This document shows, piece by piece, positions 46,501 through 58,601 of a stretch of 64,000 bases of DNA; position 1 is the first letter of the stretch; the number at the start of each line of letters is the position of its first letter. A program made the position numbers and the translations under genes. Origin of the DNA: Azolla caroliniana (taxonomy: Eukaryota; Plantae; Polypodiophyta); NCBI GenBank assembly GCA_043228905.1, contig JBHGNT010000010.1, positions 1,116,001 through 1,180,000 on the forward strand, read 5' to 3'. The notes under the pieces were generated by a model. That model saw nothing but the letters and a program-made list of their open reading frames with translations, was not told where the DNA came from and ran no database searches.

Positions 46501-49500
46501 ATTTCTTTGTGCAGGAAACATCCTCGCACCCGGTGATTCTCGGCGAACCGTACATTACGGCAACACGCATGGAGACGAAGGTGCTGGACAACGGTTCGGC
46601 GTACGTGCGCGTCAAGAGCCAAGACGGTCGGCATTCCATCCAATTCATGACCGTACGTCAGAACCATGAGAGGAATCGCGAGACCCTCGGCGGCAACAAC
46701 CGAGGGGATTGTTTGAGAGGGCTATCAAGGTGTGGGGCCGCGGTAGTCCGGACGTACCAGAAAAACCCCACACATGTACAGTAGGTAGGAAGTTTTGGTT
46801 CTCCGAAAACGAAGGTTGTATTATAGTCGGCGTTAGTGGCCGGGAGAGGAAGCGAGCGGAGGAGCGGCTCAGGGGATGCGGAGTACTCTCCCCCGACGAA
46901 GAAATCAGCGGCGCCATGGAGGCGGTCTCTTTTGACGACACCTTGGGCGAGTTACGAAAGGTGATCGGTGAAGACCTTAGAGAAGACTGGACCATTCTGG
47001 TTAGTTTGATGGGAATGTACGAAGTCATCACGGACTTCGGGGAAAGGATCGGGTCGGATCGGATGGCCTGTGTGGATACAAAGTACAAGACTGTGGATTG
47101 GAAGGTGAGGCCAATCGCGGCACCCTTGCCGGAGGGCAGTGAGGAGCGGATGAAAGGGGTCGCGTCGGACCCAAATTTATGGAATCCAGCTGGCATAGGG
47201 CACTGGTTCACCGACATAACTCTACGGGAGCTCAAGGTCGGTGGGGGTGGCTTTCTACTGCCGGCGGAGGAGGACAGGTTTCGGGAATGCCCGGAAGGCA
47301 TGGGAAAGCCTGCGCGTTCTCGCCGGAGGAGATCGGGTCCCCGGACCCGACGATTGTCAAACCGATGGTGATCTTCACGGTACCACATGTACCGTGGAAT
47401 CTCAAACCGATTCCGGTGTTGAGAGCTCACATCCCGAAGTTGATGGAGCTTCTGAAGCAAAAGGTGGAGATGGGCATCCTTGAACCGTCGAGTGCCCCGT
47501 ATTCGAATCAGTGGTTTACGGTGCCGAAGAAGAACGGCACGATGCGCTTCATTCAGGACCTGCAACCGGTCAACAGGGTGACCATCCGTAATGCAGGAAT
47601 CAGACCGACCATAGACGAGTTCACGGAGGCCTTCGCTGGAAGGTCGATCTATTCGGTCGGTGACTTATACTCGGGGTACGACCAGTTCTAGCTAGCCGTG
47701 GAGAGCAGGGATATCACGACGATGCGAACCCCTCTCGGCCTAGTACGGATGTGTACCCTACCACAAGGCGGGACGAATTCGGTGGCGCATATGGTGAATG
47801 CAATGAACAAGGTGCTGAGGGACTGCATCCCGGACATCACCATGCCATTCTTGGACGACATCCCAATAAAGGGGTGTTTGGTGTATGATGCAGATGAGAC
47901 TGTCGGGCCAGACGGATGCCGGAGGTTCGTCGTGAACCACATCAACGACTTCGAGAAGGTGCTGCAGAGGCTCGAAAGCGCACGACTCACCTTCTCCGGA
48001 GAAAAATCGGCGTTCGGGCAGTCAGAGATCTTGGTGGTCGGACACTTGTGCAGGCCTTATGGTAGGAAACCGTCTTCGACAAAGGTAGAGGCCATCTCCG
48101 CGATGAGGAACGATTGCAGGTTGGTCACGGAGGTCCGCAGATTCTTGGGAGCATGCGCGTTCTACCACATTTGGATCCCGCACTACACACATGTTGCGGA
48201 ACCCCTCTACAGACTATTGAAAAAGGGGCGTAGCTTTGAGTGGAGGACGGAGCACACGGAGTCGGTCTAGAGACTAAAGGAGGCGCTTACAGTAGCGCCA
48301 GCTCTCCGTAAAGCGGTTTACGGTAAGGGGGTCCCCATCTACGTAACGGTGGACACGAGCCCGACCGGGATCGGGTGGGTGATCAACCAGGAGGACGAGG
48401 ATGGCGCACGGTTCCTGATCCGGTTCGGGGAGAAGGTATTGAGCGAGCGGCAACGAGGATACGCCCAAGTTAAGCGCAAGCTTTAGGGTATTGTTTCAGC
48501 AGTCAAGGCCGACAAGGACTATCTGATTAGGACGGAGGTGATCATCGAGACGGACTGCCTGCCGATACTCGGCATGGTTTCCGGATGCGTGACGCCAGAC
48601 CTAGCAATGCTCCGGTGGATAACGTAAATTAAGTCCCTGAACCCGGAGATACGGCACATCTCTGGAAAATATAATGCCATGGCCGACATGCTTTCGAGAG
48701 CGAGGTTCAACGACGAAGAAGGCATGGTTTCCGATGACGAAGAAGTTGGCGAGGACTTCTTCCGGTCGGCTAACGTAACAACGAGGAAAGGGGACACTCC
48801 GACGCTTAACAAATTTGACGAAAGCAGGTATGACGGGGAGTGGCTCCAAATTGGGAGGTTCCTACGGGCGCTGACGCCGGACGCAACGTGGACGAGAGAG
48901 GAGGCGAGTCGGGTACAGAAGAAGGCGTACCGATTCTTCCTACGGGATGGGTGCATATGGAGGCACCCAAAGAAAAGAAACGGCATCCCGCTCCGAGTAG
49001 TTGCAAAGAAAGAAGAACAAGAGGAATTACTGGCGGCATTTCACGAGAGTCCCTGGGCTGGCCACTGCGGAACGTGGGCCACATTTGAGAAGTTGAAGGA
49101 GAAGTACTGGTGGCCGGGGCTGTACCAGGATGTGCATCAGTTCGTAACGACTTGCGAAAGCTGTAAGATGCACTCTATAGTCTGACATTGGGACGAGCTA
49201 CACCCGACCTACCCGCCTATGGTCCATTTCAAGTGGATGGTGGACTTGGTGACGATGCCGGTGGGAGTAGGACAGATGCGATACCTGGTGCTTGCGCGGG
49301 AAGACTTAACGAACCAGGTGGAAGGCCATGCACTGCAGAACAAGACAACCGTGGCGGTATGCCGGTTCCTGATTGAAGAGGTAGTGTGTCGGTACGGGTG
49401 CGTCGGGAGGATCGTGGCGGACCGGGGAGAGCTGGATGCGCGGGAAGCTGAGGAGCTATTCGACCGGCTAGGGGTCAAACTCTCCCTCACTACGACGTAC

Positions 49501-51036
49501 AATTCGGAGGTGAACAGGAAGGTAGAACGTGGGCACAGGCCGATCGTAAAGGCGTTGGTGCGTGCATGCGGAGGGCAGGTCGGGAATTGGCCGCGGCTCC
49601 TTCCTTACACACTATGGGCGGACCGAACTACACACAGTTCGGTGACAGGGTTTATGCCGACAGAGGTAATGTACGGACAAAAGCCGATCATGCCGGTGGA
49701 ACGGACGGTTTCTTCATGGGCGGCGGTGGATTGGAAGGACGAGATGAGCCGGGAGGAGTTGCTGGCAGCGCGGATTCGACAACTCAAGCGGAGGCCAGAG
49801 GACGTGAAACGAGCGAAGGAAAAGCTGCGGGCGGCAAGGGAGCGGAACAAGACCCGGTTCAACCGGTCGCACCGGTTGCGACCAACGAAGATCAAGGAAG
49901 GCGATTAGGTCTTGGTATACGACAACAACCTCGACAATCAGCACAAGGCGGTGCGAAAGTTCGCTAGGAGATGGTTCGGGCCCTACAAAGTGACGAGCGC
50001 GAACGACAACGGCACGTACCACCTAGCGGAACTCGACAGGACACGGTTAGCGGTACCGGTGGCCGGAAAGCGGATCAAAGCGTTCAAGAAGCGGTTCGAA
50101 GACGAGCCGGAGCTGGCGAGTGAGAGCGACGACGACAATCAGTTCGGGCCTGGTGAAGAATCGGAGAGCAACGAGTGAAGCCGGTTTTCTTCGGTATCTA
50201 CCCGTCACTAGCGCATGCCGGTGGATGCGTGGTTTGGTGGGGGTGGATGTCGTGAAGAAAACCGGTCATGGGCGGAATCGGAGAAAAAGGGGCATAAACC
50301 GGCTCTTACATGGGTGGACGCTGAATTGATATTTTGTACATGATTCATAATTAGGTCGGCTGATGTAAATACTAGGTAGTGTACATTTATTAGGGGATTG
50401 TGCGTATCTCTATTGAAAGGGACAGGGAATAAAGCAGTTTTGACTAGGGAGAAAGGGGCACCCCCTTTTGGGGACTATTTAAGGAGAGGAGAGAAGGAAG
50501 AGAAGGTATTGCGCGTTTGGGAGAACGAAGTGCTGCTGCAGAACCGAGTGCCGAGCTCTCTCTCCTCCGATCGTCGTTCTTTGTGGGTGTCGGGAGTTCG
50601 CTGCCTCTGCTTCGTGGACAGCCGGTGTGCTTCCAGCAGAGTCTCTCTCTCTCTCTCCCCTTCCCCTTTTGTTTCTTCGAGTCGTGTGGCTGTCGTCGGT
50701 GTGCGTGAGTAGGACCCCGTGTTAGGTCCATTACTGGGATGCCGGTTGTAACTGTTCGAGTTGTAAGCTATTGATTATAGTAATCGGATTCCTGTTTTCT
50801 TGCTCTTAATCTCTTTCTGTGTACCTGCAACTCTCACTCTCTCTCTCTCACTCTCTCCTTGGTCCAAGACCCCCATGGTCCCGCCTCTTCCTACACGCGA
50901 ACGCGAAACTTCGCGACAACGGTTTATGCACCGCTACGGCTTCTCATTGCGCGCCGGTCTGCGCACCGATTTACACACCCGGTTTACGCACCGGTCCGGC
51001 CGAACCGATCGATCCCAACCGATCTGGTTCTCAACA
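43593..51036 (-). mobile_element. Copia-type solo LTR (about 405 bp net) inserted just after the YVDD motif of E, split by A2
   Basis: TGTAAA...TCAACA; TSD ATTAG (43588-43592, 51037-51041); shares GCGGAAGC, TATACAAGTCC and GTACTTCAATGCTCA with LTR 52085-52483. Confidence 0.85.
43884..50918 (+). mobile_element. Full-length but decayed relative of A1 (A2)
   Basis: LTRs 43884-44540 and 50248-50918; TSD GCGG/ACGG; PBS TGGTAAACCCCACGTGAA 44545-44562; PPT 50233-50247; gag-pro-pol colinear with A1 but with many stops and frameshifts. Confidence 0.95.
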
Positions 51037-52084
51037 ATTAGGATATCATCGACATACACCAGTACCACGCCTTCATTGATGAGTTCTTGAAAGATTTTAT
51101 TTGCCATTCTTTGGAACGTGCTTCCAGCATCAGATAGACCAGATGACATTCTTTCAAATTGGAATAAACCATGTTGTGTGCGAAAAGCTGTTTTATGTTT
51201 GTCGGCAAGGTAAAATTAATGTTTGTGTATGAAAGTGTAGTTGTGCACTGTTCTTAATAAACCAATCACAACCTAACGTAATTGGAAATGATAAAAGGAA
51301 GGAAGAAAGGTGTGTTGTGAAAGAGTGAATGTACAATGTGCGTGTCTAGCAGATTGGTTTATTTTTATCTTATCGCCAAAGATGACTTGGATCTGGGCTG
51401 CGGGTGAAGTGGGAAATTCAGTGACTTAATTAAATCTACACTAATTGAAGATATGGTGCTTCCAGAATCTAAAAGGGCTTCATGTGATGCGTGATTTATT
51501 TGTGCTACTATGGAACATACCATGCGTTCGGAAGAGGTTGCGGCTTGAATGTGCGGGAGTTCCTCTTCAATCAACGTTCCGCTTGGCTGTTTCCTTGGTC
51601 CATGGCGAGTGATGCAGCATCAGCCAATTGGATTTGTGCATTGTGATGATGTTTAGAGGTTGCCAACTTCCTCCAATATTTTTTAACATGGTCGTACCCA
51701 TTACAATAGAAACAACGGGGCTTACCATGACTGTCTTGATCTGGTAAGCTCTTTTTATTGCTAAGTTGTGCATTTTGGACGTCTATATCCATTGGGCTAG
51801 CAGTTGGCTCAGTTGCTGTTTTTTTAATATTGTTATTTACAAGTGGTGTCAGTTGTGATAGGTCGATGTAATCCAGTGCCTCAATTCGTTGTCCGATTTG
51901 CACAACCATCTAGAATGTAGTTGGGCCTTGGTCTCTGACGCGACGATATATGTCATAGTTTAATCGTGGAAGCAAAAAATATAGCTTCATGGTTTCCTTC
52001 ATATTGGGGTCAACACACAATAACAACTACTTCATTTTGATGATGAATTGTGCCACTGGTTCATGTGCCTGTTGACGTAGGTTG

Positions 52085-55000
52085 TGTAAATGATTACTTG
52101 CGGAAGCGTTAGAAAACAGAGAAAGCAAAGAATACACAGAGTACACGGGAGAGACAGAGAGAGGAGAACGTAAAAGCTATATTCAAAAAACGATATAATT
52201 ACTTTGTCTATACAATTGTGCTTGGTAGCACTATTTATACAAGTCCTCGTGGGACTGACAGAAGTACCGCGTACTTCAATGCTCACATGAGCTTCTGACA
52301 CTTACTACGAGACTATAAAAACCTAGTAGTCTAAACTAATACTAGGCTTCCGGTTACCGATTGGATCCGGCTCACCGGCTCCCTAGCTCACCGGCTTGGT
52401 TGCTCACAGCTTATCGATTCGTCTTGCTTTCCGGCTCAAGCTTATTCAGCCGATCCGGCTCCAGTTGAGCTTGCCGCTCAACACTCCCCCTCAGGCTCAA
52501 CTTGAGGTTGGATCCTAGTGTCAGTCTCTGTGGCAATCGGTTCTTCCAACCGACTTCTCCTGGCGTCGCTCCGCCTTGCTCGCACTCCTTGTCCGGTCCG
52601 GTTCTGTTTGCCGCGGCCCCTCTTGTTCTGCATGCCTCGACCTGCTTCATCGGTATGTCTGCTCAATGGGCCCCTCTAAGCTCCTTCGCTGCTATGAATC
52701 CGGTGCTTATCGATCCATAGGTTCCTCCACGATGGCATCGACTTCCGCTGCATCCGTTGGTTCTTCCGAATCTGTCTGTGGATCTGAATCGACTGTCTCC
52801 GATTCGTTCCAGCTCTTGTCTGAATCGGTTCCAAGCCCTTCACCACATCGAACCATGTCCAGGTCTTGGCCTTCTTCCTTCGGTCGGCTCTGTCCTTCTT
52901 GACTCTGCTGCCTTCTGTTCTTCCCTTATCGGCACAATCGGCAATCTCTTTGCCTTTGCCCGTTCAAGTGTCTTTGCCCGTTCCGGTGTCTTTGCCCGTT
53001 CTTCCCCTCAAGTGCGGCACGTCGAGATGCTGAACACCAAGCATTTCGGTGAAGTGCTGCAACTTGTCTGAGCCGAGTGGTTTGGTGAAGATGTCGGCAA
53101 CTTGCCGATCCGTGTGAACATAGCGAAGTTCAACCTCACCGCTCAGGACAAGCTCACGCACGAAGTGATAGTGCACTTCTAAGTGTTTTGTGCGAGCATG
53201 GAATACAGGGTTCTTGGCGAGTTGCATACTGCTTATGTTGTCGCAGTAGACCAGAATCGGGATCGGTACCTCGATCCGTAGGTCTTGCAGCAGTCGTCGA
53301 AGCCAAATGGCTTCACAGGTGGCAATGGTAGCGCCCCCATACTCAGCCTCAGTGCTCGACAGAGCAACTGTTGGCTGCTTTTTGTTGCTCCACGCAACAA
53401 CCGCGCTACCTAGGGAAAACATGTAACCGGAGGTTGATCGGCAATCTGATGCATCGCCGGCCTAGTTGGCATCCGTGTAATCGACGAGCTCTTCGGTTAT
53501 ACCTCGCCGGTATAACAGTCCCCGGTCCTTGGTGCCGCTAACATACCGCAATATCCGTTGCGCGCACTGAAGGTGCTCAACGGTCAACTTTTGCATGAAC
53601 TGTCTTATCATTCCGACCGGATAGCCGATGTTTGGTCGCGTGATAGTCAAGTAAATAAGGATTCCGACAATTTGTCGGAACTGTTGCTCATTGCAGTCTG
53701 GTCCGGAGTTGGGACGAAGCTTCTGGTTCCGGTCCAAGGGTGTGGAGACAAGTCGGCATTTTGTCATGCCGAACTTGTACAGCATATTCAAGACGTAATG
53801 TCGTTGTGAGAGCCGTACAACGACTTCTTCAGCCGGCATACTGCCGATTTGTTCATCTCCGATTGAAAACCGGGAGGCTGAGTCATAAAGAATTCTTCTT
53901 CAAGATCTCCTTGACGAAATGCATTCTTCACATCCATCTGATGAAGATGCCACCCCCTTGCCGCAACAACCGCCAACACCACTCTAACCGTCGTCATCTT
54001 TGCTACAGGAGTGAAAGTCTCATCGTAGTCGATTTCGTGGGTCTGCGCATATCCCTTTGCCACTAACCAGGCCTTGTACCGGTTAACTGAACCATTGGCA
54101 TTGTACTTTACTTTGTACACCCACTTGCATCCGATCGGTTTACAGTGACGAGGAGGGTCAACTAGGTCCCATGTCTCGTTGACCTCAAGTGCCCGCATTT
54201 CTTCCTCCATAACGGCACGCCAATTTGCGTCCTTTGCCGCTTCTGCGTAGCTCTCTGGCTCACGCACTTCCGCCACCTTACTCATGTACGCATAGTGATG
54301 CGCCATGTACTCATTGTACCTGTACTTCTTGACGGGATCCTTCGGGCGGGTGGACCGGCGTAACTCACCGTTACCCGATTTGAGACCCTTCTTGGCCGGA
54401 TTGGTCTTCGTTGCCGAAGATCCGCCATTATGCTTGCCGCAGTCAGATGCACACTGATCCGACTCATTGTTGCCGGTTTCGAATTCCGACATCTTCTTCT
54501 TCCCCTTCTCTTTGCGCGTGAACCATCTCCTCGGTTCCTTGCACGGGGAGTGCACGACAGAGTCTCTACTACTCGCCGGTTCCTCATCGGACTGGTTAGA
54601 TTGACTCAGTCTCTCGTTCGGCCCACTCAACCAAAACGATTCCGTACTCTCATCCTGAGTCCACGCTTCATCATCATCTACCTGGGCCGGTTTAGGCGCA
54701 CTAGCCTCATCCTCCAGCATCGGGTCGGATTCGGAAGTCGGAGCCGGTAAGGAGTACCACGATGCCGATTCATCGAACTCGACATCTCGACTAACTCAGA
54801 CCTGCTTTGTCCGGGGGTTATAACACTTATAACCCTTTTGCTCTTGAGCATAGCCAACTAGGATGCATTTTTCCGATTTTGCATCCAGCTTCCTCCGCTT
54901 CTCATCTGGTATATGCACAAATGCAATGCTACCGAAGATCTTAAGGTGTCTCAAATTCTGCTTCCGCCCGAAATACAGCTCGTGAGCTGATACCTTGTCA

Positions 55001-57491
55001 CCAATCCGGTTCTAGATGTAGACAACCGTTTGGACTGCCTCCGCCCAATAGAATTTGGGCATTGCTCTTCTCCTCCAGCATTGCCCTTGCCGCATCAATA
55101 AGCAACCAGTTCTTCTTTTCGGCAACACCGTTCTGTTGTGGTGTGTATCTGTAGCTGAACTCTCGCCGAATTCCCGTTTGTTGCAGATAACTGTTGAATT
55201 GGCCAGAAAAGTATTCTTTTCCACCATCCGACCGCATGCATTTTATCTTCCTTGCCGATTCCCGTTCCACCATGCTTTGAAGACTCCGGAAACACTCGAA
55301 GACTTCACTCTTCCGCTCAATGAGGTAGATTCATGTGTGCCGCGTATAGTTGTCGATGAAGGAGACGAAGTATCAACTCCCGCCAAGACTAAGATTCTGT
55401 GTCGGTCCCCACACATCCGAATGGATTAGGTCGAGTTTGTTACGGCTCCGGTTACGTTCGGTAGGGAATGGAAACCAATGTTGCTTCCCGAGTTGGCAGG
55501 CTTCACATACTTGGGCCTTCCAGCTGCTGAACTTCGGCAAACTGGAAACAACTTGTTTCGTTTGCAGGTCTTGAAGCCTCCGATAATTGACGTGGCCTAT
55601 CCGCTTGTGCCATAGGTCGATGTCCGATTCGACCTTCTGTCCTTTTGCAAACAGAGGGGTGCCAATGTCATTGGTGTCAAGGATAAACATCCTCTCGTCT
55701 CTTCGCCCTCTTCCTCGATGAAGCACCCAAGGTGAGTAAACCGCACCTGCATCCCCTGGTCGACGATCTGTCCGACCGATACCAGATTCTTCGTGATTGT
55801 CGGAACGTGTAATACGTTCATCAGCTTCCCCTTCTGCCCGACATGGCTCAAAGGGACTTCTCAGACGTGCACGATTGGGTGAGGAGTGTCGTCTCCGGTT
55901 TCGACTACTCCTGGTTGATCCGGTTTCTCCAGAAAGGAGAACCACTCTTTGTGGCTCGTCATGTGGTTCGACGCACCAGAATCAATATACCACACTTCCT
56001 CTGATTTGGAAGTGGTCTTCTTCATCGAGTTCGCCTCGTGCTTCATCACCAAGGCTGGCCCGTTACCGTTCTTGGATCCTCCCGATCCCTTCGCATAGTG
56101 CGAGCTTTGTCGGCCATCCTTGGCAGCCTTGCCGGATCCGGATTTGCCCGAATCGGCGCGCTTTCTCTAGCACTTGCTTTCTCTGTAGCCCTTCTTGCTG
56201 TAGTACTAGCATTCCGTTGCAGATTTGTCTTGCCTGCCTTCGGCACCGCCATGACTCCCCCTGCCCGTGGAAGTCCCGAAACTGCTGTCGGCACGTTCTC
56301 TGTGCCTTCATTCTTGCTCTTGCCGGCCGCCTCCATTGCGTGCTGACCTGCCTCGTCCACCATGCCCACGAGACCGATCCGCCTCTGTGTACAACATCCG
56401 GTTGTCAGTGGGTGCGTTAGTTGATGCACCGACGTGGTTCTCCTCTACAAGGAGCATCGACTGTAAGTCAAAAAATGACGGCGTATTCTCCCTTGTACAC
56501 ACCGTCGTTCAGAACACTCTGAACTTAGACGCCAGGCCCCCAAGACAGACCTGCACCATCTCGTCTTCCTCTACGGTAATGTTGATAGAGGCAAGTGAGT
56601 CATAGATCTCTTTGATCTGGGCCGTGTAATCCGCCACCGACATGTCCTTCTGTCGGACATTGCTCAACTCTTGTCGGAGTTGCCGCTTCCGGGTTGTAGT
56701 GCTCGCGGTGAAAACCTTCTTTAGGTTCCCCCAAGCCTCCTTCGGCGTCTTGGTGTCTCGGATGTGGCTCAGCAACTGGTCTCCAACATTGGATGCGAAG
56801 CAGTACATCACTCTGCTTGCCGATTGTTCCCACACTGGGAAGTCCTTATGTGCCGCATCAGGTGCTGTTTCGTTGGCTCCTTCGACAAAACTCTAGTAGC
56901 CATGCCCAAGCAGGTACTGGTGCATCTTATACGACCAAGATGGATAGTTGGATCTGTCGAGTTTCTCCACAGGGAGTGAGGTAGCCATCCCTCTATCCAT
57001 CACTTCTCTGTCTATTGTTCTTACGACCTATTAGGGTTTGCTTTCAAGCATTTGTCGGCTGCAGAGGTTCTCAACCCTCGCGCTCTAATACCATGTAAAT
57101 GATTACTTTCGGAAGCGTTAGAAAATAGAGAAAGCAGAGAATACACAGAGTACACGGGAGAGACAGAGAGAGGAGAACGTAAAAGCTATATTCAAAAAAC
57201 GATATAATTACTCTGTCTATACAACTGTGCTTGGTAGCACTATTTATACAAGTCCTCGTGGGATTGACAGAAGTACCGTGTACTTCAATGCTCACACGAG
57301 CTTCTGACACTTACTGCTAGACTATAATTGCCTAATAGTCTAAACTAATACTAGGCTTCCAGTTACTGATTGGATCCGGCTCACCAGCTCCCTAGCTCAC
57401 CGGCTCGGTTTCTCACGGCTTACCGATCCGTCTCGCTTGCCGGCTCAGGCTTATTCAGCCCATTTGGCTCCAGTTGAGCTTGGCGCTCAAT
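52085..57491 (-). mobile_element. Degenerate Ty1/copia element F inserted in the gag region of E
   Basis: LTRs 52085-52483 and 57094-57491 (outer terminus damaged); TSD GGTTG; PBS TGGTATTAGAGC 57082-57093; PPT TGAGGGGGAG; [45 protein letters not shown]. Confidence 0.95.
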
Positions 57492-58331
57492 GGTTGTTTA
57501 ATTGTTGGTGGGTTGTTTGTGTGATGTCGTTGTTTGCAAAGTGTTGTATGAGTTGCTCGTGTAAGTAGGTCCAATTCTGTTTGATTTCCTCGAACTGTTG
57601 AATGAACTAGGTGGTGGCAACATGCTCTAGTACCGTTCTCAATTCTAACGCCTTTCTTTCGTTGTGCCATTCATGGTAGCTTGCCAAGTTGTCGAAATGA
57701 TCGAACTAGACTAGAACATCTTCTATAGGAAGGCATGACAAGGATCTTGGGCAGATTCTTGAATCTTTCTGTTTGCTGGTTGTTGCGCCTGCGGACTGAT
57801 CTGTAAGCCATGTCATTAGTGGTTGGTTCGTATGATTTACTTGCATCATCATTGTTGACATTGCTTGAAACATTTGCTCCATGGCAGGGGGTTAATCTGT
57901 GCGTGGTCTATGAATTCTGGTTGCATGCTAACAATGTTGTCCCCCTCCGGTGGTTCCATTGTGTATGAGATCTTTGTGTTGTGCATGGTAACCCGGCAGT
58001 GATTATTGGTGTGCTCTATCAAGAAGTTGACTGGAGAACTCTACACCCTCCTTAGTCGGCCTGGCAAGAGCATGTTATCTCCACCAATGTAACATACACT
58101 AGATAGCTCGAAGTATCACCCCTTGGTCATTTTCTTGGTTTCTATTTATAATAGTTTTAGTTACAAACAAAACTATTCCTATTCTTGCTCCATTACACAA
58201 CAATATTATGGAGTAGAAGTGTGGGATGACACTATCCCTCTTAATGCATGGAATGGATTGAAAAGATTCAAACGATGTTTTTAATGATACAATTGGAAGT
58301 TAATCAATCCACCATCTCCTATTAGGTTATA

Positions 58332-58601
58332 CTCTTGGAAACAAGTGTTCGACCTATACAGATACTGACACTACAAAGAGATACATTACAAAAGTCAAGG
58401 ATATGCCAAATCATAGATTATTGCATCTTGATTGGAATACTGAATATAAACCATGAAAGAATTGCACTTATGCTCTTGGAAACAAGTGTTCCACTTATAT
58501 AGATATTGGCACTATAGAGAGTATATAAATACATTACAAAAGCCAAGCATATGTCAAATCATAGATTACCACATCTTGCTTAGAATGTTGAATATAAACC
58601 A
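58332..58601 (+). repeat. Diverged tandem duplication (period about 141 bp) in the LINE remnant
   Basis: CTCTTGGAAACAAGTGTT...TGAATATAAACCA occurs twice. Confidence 0.75.

Larger units (their letters stand above)
40763..58202 (-). mobile_element. Degenerate Ty3/gypsy element E with very short LTRs, carrying four nested insertions
   Basis: LTRs TGTAACATA...CACAACA at 40763-41318 (93 bp net of an insert) and 58088-58202 (115 bp); PPT CAAAAAGGAGGAAG; PBS TGGTGGAGAT (tRNA-Ala-like) 58077-58086; CFYCNGYDH, LLDSGS, VYVDDIL, QADASN..NYSTTEKE, WDLMGPFP. Confidence 0.85.

Noticed and set aside
52484-52960. env-like extra ORF after copia F pol
   Set aside because: Only short, low-complexity ORFs with no transmembrane segment or conserved motif.
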